A stretch of DNA of 34,511 bases from Rhodothermales bacterium. Lineage in GTDB: Bacteria > Bacteroidota > Rhodothermia > Rhodothermales > UBA10348. How positions within the stretch are numbered: position 1 is the stretch's first letter; each line of letters opens with the position of its first letter. The stretch is from assembly GCA_013003255.1 (NCBI GenBank), contig JABDJZ010000367.1, positions 1 through 34,511 on the forward strand, read 5' to 3'. A program made the translations under genes and the position numbers. Positions 25,537 to 34,511 of the stretch are shown one piece after another. Below the pieces are notes generated by a model that ran no database searches, was not told the DNA's origin, and saw only the letters and a program-made list of their open reading frames with translations.

Positions 25537-25742
25537 AGGTGGGGCGCGCGAAAGAGCGTCTCCTGGTCCGTCAATCTGGCGCCCTGGTCCGTCGCAGGAC
25601 GTAGGCCACGCGCCGTCGCCGCACGGAACTGAATCTCAGCCTGCCGGGTTCGACTTTGCTGCCGCACGTCTGCGGCGCCATACTAATCGGTCTGGGCCCT
25701 TCGTTTAGCGAGTCCACACCTGGAATCCGTGGTTTGATACCG

Positions 25743-26540
25743 ATGATCAAACGAATCATCCCCGCGCTTACCCTCGTCCTGCTCGCCGGCTGTGCCGGTT
25801 CGGGCAGGCTCAATTATGACGGGCCCGAGGACGCGTTCAACAAGGGCGTCGAGCGGATGGAGGCCGGCGACTACGAGCGCGCGGCCGAGTACTTCCAGGG
25901 GGTATTCGACTTTGGACGAACCCACGAGTGGGCGGCGGATGCGCAGTTGAATCTGGCGCGCGCCTACCGGGCGAACAAGGAGTTCCTCCTGGCCGCCAAC
26001 GAGTTTACCCGGTTCACGCAGATCTATCGGGCCGACCCCCGTGTCCCCGACGCGGCCTACGAGCTGGCCATGACCTACTTCGACCGCTCCCCTCGGTTCG
26101 AGTTGGATCAGACCGACACCGAGCGTGCCATCACGCAGTTCGAGCTGTTCATGACCCGCTACCCCAATCACCCCCTGTTCTTCGAGGGACAGGAGCGTAT
26201 TCAGGAATTGCGGGGCAAGCTTGCTCGCAAACGCCTTGAAGCGGGCAAACAATACCTGCTCCGCGGCTACACCGAGGCCGCTGCGCTCACCTTCGAGTCC
26301 GTGTTCGACGATTACTACGACACCGAATTTGCGGACGATGCACTGGTTGAGGCCGCCCGCGCCTACGTGGCTTTTGCAGACCAGAGCATTCCCGCGCGTC
26401 GGCCGGAGCGCCTGCGGTCCGCGATCGAGGTCTACGACCGGTTGATACAGATCTTTCCCGAGAGCCCCCTGATCAAGGACGCTGAAGAAGTCTACCGCGG
26501 AGCGGCCCAGCGACTGGAGAATCTGGAGAGCGCATCGTAG
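25743..26540 (+). CDS. bamD: Outer membrane protein assembly factor BamD (YfiO) lipoprotein
   Basis: MIKRIIPALTLVLLAGCAG is a lipoprotein signal starting at ATG 25743. TPR-like repeats follow, with FNKGVERMEAGDYERAAEYFQ and ITQFELFMTRYPNHP typical of BamD. Confidence 0.85.
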   Translation: MIKRIIPALTLVLLAGCAGSGRLNYDGPEDAFNKGVERMEAGDYERAAEYFQGVFDFGRTHEWAADAQLNLARAYRANKEFLLAANEFTRFTQIYRADPRVPDAAYELAMTYFDRSPRFELDQTDTERAITQFELFMTRYPNHPLFFEGQERIQELRGKLARKRLEAGKQYLLRGYTEAAALTFESVFDDYYDTEFADDALVEAARAYVAFADQSIPARRPERLRSAIEVYDRLIQIFPESPLIKDAEEVYRGAAQRLENLESAS

Positions 26541-26566
26541 TTCGGTGATCCATTCTGCCAGATCCC

Positions 26567-27157
26567 ATGCGTGTCGGAGTCTTCGGAGGAACGTTTAACC
26601 CGCCGCACCTGGGCCACCGCGTCATTGCGGAACAGGCTGTCGAGGCACTCGGGCTTGATCGCCTGATCTGGATCCCGGCGCTTCAATCGCCTCTCAAGGA
26701 GCCCTACGGACAGGCCTCCGCACACCACCGGTTGGCGATGACCAGCCTGGCGGCGGCCAATCACCCGGCGTTCTCGGTCTCGGACCTGGAGACTCGGCGT
26801 CAACCGCCATCCTACACCGTGGATACCCTGCGGGCGCTGAAGACAGAGCATCCCGACTGGACGCTCCATCTCCTCATCGGAACTGACAGTTGGGACTCCT
26901 TTGAGCGTTGGAGAGCGCCTGAAGAGATTCGGAGCCTGGCCGAAGTGGTGGTTTACCCGAGAGGAGCAAATACGTCGATCGACAGCGATGCGGCAGGGGT
27001 TACCTTCCTTGACGCGCCGACAATCGCCGTCTCGTCTACCATGATTCGTGCGCGTGTGGCCGGTGGAGCCGCCCTGGCAGGCCTTCTCGACACCGCGGTC
27101 CTGGACTACGTCCGCGCTCACCATTTGTACGAGGATCCAAATGCCGAAGGCGCCTGA
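26567..27157 (+). CDS. nadD: Nicotinate-nucleotide adenylyltransferase
   Basis: MRVGVFGGTFNPPHLGH is the (H/T)xGH nucleotidyltransferase motif. ISSTxIR-like VSSTMIRARV is present; 196 aa. Confidence 0.9.
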   Translation: MRVGVFGGTFNPPHLGHRVIAEQAVEALGLDRLIWIPALQSPLKEPYGQASAHHRLAMTSLAAANHPAFSVSDLETRRQPPSYTVDTLRALKTEHPDWTLHLLIGTDSWDSFERWRAPEEIRSLAEVVVYPRGANTSIDSDAAGVTFLDAPTIAVSSTMIRARVAGGAALAGLLDTAVLDYVRAHHLYEDPNAEGA

Positions 27158-28676
27158 GCAACTGCGCGACCGGGCGGCACAGCTCTTGATGCCGCGGCTG
27201 GGGTCCAACATGCCGCCGCCCGTATCCGTTGCCGATGACACCGATCGCGCGGCGGCACTGCTAAAGCAGATACCGGTTGGGGGCTTTGTACTCTTCCGCG
27301 GATCCAGGCTCGAAAGCCCCCCAGCGCTGGCTCGACTTCAGGAATGCTCCGAGATTCCGCTGCTGTTCTCGTCGGACCTCGAGCGCGGTGCCGGCCAGCA
27401 GTTGCATGGGGCTACTGTTTTTCCACATGCCATGGCGTTCGGCGAGGCGGACCTGTCCCTGGATGAGGAGGCGGTGTTCGAGGCCGCCCGCTGGACCGCA
27501 CGGGAGGCCGTGACCTGCGGGGTCCACTGGCTGTTCGCGCCGGTGGCTGATGTGCACTCGAACCCGGTCAACCCCATCATTTCCACCCGCGCATTCGGCT
27601 CCTCGCCCGAGGCCTGCGCAAGGCATGTCACTGCGTTCATTCGCGGTGCCCGGGCGGGCGGCGGACTATCAACGGCCAAGCATTTCCCCGGCCACGGCGA
27701 CACCGACACCGACTCGCACGATGCCCTGTCCGCGGTTTCGCGGTCCCGCGGGGAGCTGGATTCTGTCGAACTGGCCCCATTCCGGGCGGCCATTGAGGCT
27801 GGGGTCGACTCCGTGATGACGGCTCACGTGAGTTACCCCGCACTGGATCCGGGCGGGCGGGCGGCAACCTTCTCTTCCCCCATCCTGCGGGATCTCCTCA
27901 GGACAGAATTGGGTTTCGAGGGCGTGGTGGTGTCCGACAGCCTCCTGATGGGAGCGGCTGGCCGGGAGGTCAGTGCCAGGGCCCCGGAGTTGATCGCGGC
28001 CGGAGTGGATGTCCTGCTGGACATCTCCCATCCCGCGGTGGCGGTGGACGCCATCGTGCGGGCCGTAGAGTCGGGCTCGCTGGAGGAGCGACTGGTCCAG
28101 GACGCTTTCTCGCGGGTCTGGGCGATGAAGGAGCGCTCGGTATTCCGGAGCAACGGGGCGTCCGGGGCGAAGCCGAAGTCTGGCGCTGCGGCCGCCCTCG
28201 CCGAGCGTGTGGCCGAAGCCTCCCTCCGGCTCACCGGAGATTTTGAGACCATCCTTCGCGGCCGCACCACCGTACCGCTGGTGCTGATCCGTCCGCACAC
28301 GGACTACCCCGACCCGACCCGGGCCGACGCCGCATCCATCCTTTCTGCAGCCTCGAATCGCCTGCAGCTTGAGGAGGTTGGCCCGGAGCGTGACCCCCGG
28401 CAACTGGAGCGCATCCTCGAGCGCTCCCGAGAGGCCGGAGCCGCCGTCGTCGCCATGGTGATCAAACCGGCGGCGTGGCATTCGTTTGGCCTCCTCGACT
28501 GGCAGGCCGCGTTTGCGGCGTCAGTCATTGAAGCCGCCCCGACGGTCACCTGTCTGCTTGGCAGCCCGGATGGAGACCGGGGCCTCCCTGGTCCGGCCGC
28601 TCGACTGGTCTCGTTCAGTGACGTAGAGCCAAGCGTTCGGGCCGTGGCCAGCCAGCTGGCCCGCGCGTTGGGCTAA
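27141..28676 (+). CDS. Glycoside hydrolase family 3 beta-N-acetylhexosaminidase (NagZ-like) with an extra C-terminal domain
   Basis: Start MPKAPEQLRDRAAQLLMP at ATG 27141, overlapping nadD by 17 nt. GH3 motifs SDLERGAG and KHFPGHGDTDTDSHDAL (Asp-His dyad region) and VVSDSL are present. Confidence 0.85.
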   Translation: MPKAPEQLRDRAAQLLMPRLGSNMPPPVSVADDTDRAAALLKQIPVGGFVLFRGSRLESPPALARLQECSEIPLLFSSDLERGAGQQLHGATVFPHAMAFGEADLSLDEEAVFEAARWTAREAVTCGVHWLFAPVADVHSNPVNPIISTRAFGSSPEACARHVTAFIRGARAGGGLSTAKHFPGHGDTDTDSHDALSAVSRSRGELDSVELAPFRAAIEAGVDSVMTAHVSYPALDPGGRAATFSSPILRDLLRTELGFEGVVVSDSLLMGAAGREVSARAPELIAAGVDVLLDISHPAVAVDAIVRAVESGSLEERLVQDAFSRVWAMKERSVFRSNGASGAKPKSGAAAALAERVAEASLRLTGDFETILRGRTTVPLVLIRPHTDYPDPTRADAASILSAASNRLQLEEVGPERDPRQLERILERSREAGAAVVAMVIKPAAWHSFGLLDWQAAFAASVIEAAPTVTCLLGSPDGDRGLPGPAARLVSFSDVEPSVRAVASQLARALG

Positions 28677-28806
28677 GATCGCCGTCGCACGGCCAGTGAC
28701 CACCAAGTCGCGGCGCACGGCGAGGACCATCGACCAGCGTCAAGCCCCGGACCCGCGCCGCGCCGTATTTTGCGCTTCACCCACCTGGACCACCGCCCGG
28801 ACCCTC

Positions 28807-29712
28807 ATGTCGCCAGCCCGACTCTTTGCCTTTATCCTCGGAGGGCTGTTGGTTTCCGGATGCACAACACCCATTGACGTGGAGCCCCTCGAACAGCGGA
28901 TCGATGCCATCCTGGCTCAGGAGGCAGAAGCCACGGTGGCCGTCGCCGTCCGGGTCCCGAACCGGGGTCTGGTCTATGACCGCAATGCCGACCGGGTCTA
29001 CCACGCGGCCAGCACGATGAAAATCCCGGTCATGATCGAGGTGTTTCGACAGGCTGACGAGGGGACCTTCAGCCTGGATGACTCACTGCTGGTCGAGAAC
29101 CGCTTTCGCTCCATCGTGGACGGGTCGGAGTACGCGATCGGAGATGATTCCGATGACGATATCTACCAGCGCCTGGGAGGCCGCATGGCCATCCGGGACC
29201 TGGTGGAAAGCATGATCACGGTCTCGTCCAACCTGGCCACCAACCTGCTCATAGATTTCGTGGGTGCCGAGGCCGTGCAGCAGACCAGCGAATCCCTGGG
29301 GACCACGAAGATGCTCACGCTTCGTGGGGTCGAGGACCTGAAGGCTTTCGAGCAGGGGCTCTCCAACCGCACAACGGCTACGGATCTGGCGATGCTCCTG
29401 ACGGCGCTTCTCCAGGGGGACGCCGTGAACCAGTCCGCCGACATGGCCATGCTGGACGTACTTGCCCGTCAGCGGTTCAACGAGATGATTCCGGCCGGTC
29501 TGCCGGAAGGCACGCGCATCGCACACAAGACGGGACAGATCACGGCCATTCATCATGACGCGGCTGCCGTGCTTCCCGAAACAGGTGACCCGTACGTGCT
29601 GGTCATCCTGATCGAAGGCCTCGCCGATGACACGGAGAGTGCGGCGCTGGGTGCCTCCGTGGCGCGTACAGTCCACGACTTCCTTCGGACCAACGGCGTG
29701 GTGGGTGAATGA
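28807..29712 (+). CDS. Class A beta-lactamase-family serine hydrolase, lipoprotein
   Basis: MSPARLFAFILGGLLVSGC (lipobox) at ATG 28807; the ORF-track start at 28696 is a GTG with a polar extension. S-x-x-K in AASTMKIP, SDN-position VSSN, K-T-G in AHKTGQI. Confidence 0.8.
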   Translation: MSPARLFAFILGGLLVSGCTTPIDVEPLEQRIDAILAQEAEATVAVAVRVPNRGLVYDRNADRVYHAASTMKIPVMIEVFRQADEGTFSLDDSLLVENRFRSIVDGSEYAIGDDSDDDIYQRLGGRMAIRDLVESMITVSSNLATNLLIDFVGAEAVQQTSESLGTTKMLTLRGVEDLKAFEQGLSNRTTATDLAMLLTALLQGDAVNQSADMAMLDVLARQRFNEMIPAGLPEGTRIAHKTGQITAIHHDAAAVLPETGDPYVLVILIEGLADDTESAALGASVARTVHDFLRTNGVVGE

Positions 29713-30524
29713 GCCTGCTCGCGCGCCTCAGATCCTGGTTCGGTAGCCGTAGTGAGACCACGCACGTGCCACCCCACGTGGACCCCGCCGTTATCTCGCA
29801 AATCACCGGGGAGCCGGTGGGCGACATCAGTCTCTATGTCCACGCCATGCGCCACCGCTCCATTCTCCGGGGCAGGCCCGGTTCGTCCATTGAGTCCAAT
29901 GAGCGTCTCGAATTCCTGGGCGATGCCGTATTGGGCTCGGTCACCGCCGAACATCTGTTCCTGGAATACCCGGACGAGGCAGAGGGCTTCCTGACCCGCC
30001 TGCGTGCCAAGCTCGTCAACGGAAAGGCGCTTGCCGGTCTCGGTGTGGCCATGGGCTTGGACCGGCTCGTCCTTGTCTCCGACAACCTGCGCCAACAGGG
30101 CCAGACCCAGCAGTTTACCAGCATCATGGCCGACGCGTTCGAAGCGCTCATCGGCGCCCTCTACCTGGACCAGGGACCGGAAGCCGCCCGGCGCTTCATC
30201 GTGGGGCGCATGCTGGAACCGCAGGACCTGGACGCCCTGATGCTCCGGGAAGACAACCACAAGAGCCTGCTGCTCGAGTTCGCCCAGGCCAGGGGATGGC
30301 CCCAGCCCGTCTATCAGGTTCAGGAGGCTACCGGTCCCAGCCATGACCGGCGGTTTTCGGTTCAGGTTCTGGTCCAGGAAACCCCTGAGGGCGTCGGCCG
30401 CGGCAAGAGCAAGAAACAGGCAGAGCAACGAGCCGCCAAAGCCGCACTGGAGGTTCTGCGCGACCGCGAGCAACCCGACGGCGTTGTGGACGGGACCGCC
30501 GGGAGCGCTTTCCACGAAAACTGA
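29709..30524 (+). CDS. rnc: Ribonuclease III
   Basis: ATG overlaps the upstream stop (ATGA). RNase III signature [27 protein letters not shown] and a C-terminal dsRBD ([12 protein letters not shown]...[18 protein letters not shown]) are present. Confidence 0.93.
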   Translation: MSLLARLRSWFGSRSETTHVPPHVDPAVISQITGEPVGDISLYVHAMRHRSILRGRPGSSIESNERLEFLGDAVLGSVTAEHLFLEYPDEAEGFLTRLRAKLVNGKALAGLGVAMGLDRLVLVSDNLRQQGQTQQFTSIMADAFEALIGALYLDQGPEAARRFIVGRMLEPQDLDALMLREDNHKSLLLEFAQARGWPQPVYQVQEATGPSHDRRFSVQVLVQETPEGVGRGKSKKQAEQRAAKAALEVLRDREQPDGVVDGTAGSAFHEN

Positions 30525-30607
30525 ACAGCGGGCATGGCTCCACCACCCCCAACGCTGGTTCACCCAACTTCCAATCACCGCCCGGCAAGGGATACCCAGA
30601 AGAGCTG

Positions 30608-33456
<2,849 letters not shown>

Positions 33457-33466
<10 letters not shown>

Positions 33467-34359
33467 GCGACCAGGCGGTACATCTTCCCGGATAGCGGGC
33501 GACCGACGAGCGCTTCAACATCGCGCGAAACGGCAGCCACCTGTACGATGTCGATTCCGGTATCGTAGCCCATGCGCTCGCAGAGGTAGGCGACATCCTC
33601 AGTGGCCACGTTACCCGTGGCTCCCGGGATGAATGGACAGCCACCGAGTCCGCCGAGGGATGTGTCGAAACGCCGAACCCCCGCTTCCAGCGCTGCTACC
33701 ACATTGGCGAGGCCCAGACCCCGCGTATCGTGGAGGTGCAACACCAGGGGGATGTCTCCCACTCTGGCCCCAACCGAGTCCAGTACGCTCCGAATAGACT
33801 TGGGCGAAGCCATCCCGGTTGAATCGGCCAGAGAAAGGGACTCCAGATCCGACTGGGCAAAGCGCTCCACCACGGATTCAATCAGGGCGCGGGGCGTGTC
33901 GTCCGGAGACGCATAGCCCCAGACGGTCTGCAGGCCGAGCTGTACCCGAAGGCCGGCGCCGCGGGCGCGGCTGATCATTTCCTCGGCCGCCCGCACCCCG
34001 GCCTCGACCGTGGTATTCGCATTGTCGGCTGCATGCTGCTCATTCAGGGCAATCGAGAGGTCGACCGTGGTCACGCCCGCCTCTATGGCCCGATCTACGC
34101 CGCGGAGATTCAGTGCGAGTGCGGTGATCCTTTCGTCGCGCGGCAGAGCGGCAAGGACAGAGTCGGCATCGGCCATCTGGGGCACACGGCCGGGGTGAAC
34201 GAAGGACGTAGCCTGAATCCGCCTCAGCCCGGCATCGAGCATCCGCTGCATGGAGGCCACTTTGAACCCCGTCGGGATCGGCGTCGTTTCAAACTGAAAC
34301 CCGTCTCTGGGTCCCACCTCGCAAAGCTCGACAAAGGGCAGTGATGCGTTATCGGACAC
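33457..34359 (-). CDS. Hydroxymethylglutaryl-CoA lyase (HMGL-like/DRE-TIM family)
   Basis: [48 protein letters not shown] and [20 protein letters not shown] are present. The GTG start at 34359 is the furthest-upstream start in frame. The 3' end overlaps the gcvP 3' end by 10 nt (convergent). Confidence 0.85.
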
Positions 34360-34412
34360 GGCGACTCCAGGCAGTTCTTTAGCAGACTCCCCGTAATAGT
34401 ACGCCCCACCAA

Positions 34413-34511
34413 ATGTTCTTCCCTCCGATAAGAGCGCGCCAGATCGTGTCGGTGCCAGCCCGGCGCCGAACCCTCCTCGGGGCCCGCCTGGCAGTCGGCC
34501 TGATCCTCGGC
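34413..34511 (+). CDS. Possible 5' fragment of a membrane/secreted protein running off the window
   Basis: ATG at 34413 opens a frame uninterrupted to the window end: MFFPPIRARQIVSVPARRRTLLGARLAVGLILG (basic n-region, then a hydrophobic stretch). Only 33 codons are visible. Confidence 0.25.
   Translation, partial: MFFPPIRARQIVSVPARRRTLLGARLAVGLILG

Noticed and set aside
30525-30607. Possible glycine riboswitch upstream of gcvP.
   Set aside because: The spacer is only 83 nt, which is short even for a single glycine aptamer plus its expression platform. I could not find the conserved GGAGAG ... ACCGAAGGGGCAA ... CUCUGG-type cores. An Infernal/Rfam scan would be decisive.

Overview
GC-rich bacterial chromosomal window. 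The EF-P N-terminus, a BshB1-type bacillithiol deacetylase and BamD suggest a Bacteroidota/Rhodothermota-like organism, but that is inference only. About two thirds is conserved housekeeping on the + strand: leuS (5'-truncated), bshB1, an acylating aldehyde dehydrogenase, efp-accB-accC, gcvH, guaA, an LpoA-like TPR/periplasmic-binding protein, bamD, nadD, a GH3 NagZ-like enzyme, a class-A beta-lactamase-like lipoprotein, rnc and gcvP. A convergent HMG-CoA lyase gene sits at the 3' end. The accessory part is a six-gene minus-strand operon at 2990-14475. It reads as a synthase-dependent exopolysaccharide secretion machine: a processive GT2 synthase plus a 1288-aa TPR + beta-barrel outer-membrane protein. 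Its accessory set matches none of the Pga, Bcs, Pel, Alg or Nfr systems. That set comprises a first-gene protein fusing a KaiC/RecA-like domain with a degenerate Walker A to a degenerate GGDEF-like domain, a glutamine-rich single-pass membrane protein, and two paralogous exported proteins (GATase1-like + NodB-like domains lacking the CE4 catalytic motifs). The porin protein also carries five tandem ~71-79-aa repeats. A ~600-bp non-coding region separates this operon from a divergent Ig-like/beta-propeller lipoprotein. I saw no rRNA, tRNA, CRISPR array, transposase or integrase. All calls come from reading the translations by eye; no searches or alignments were run.
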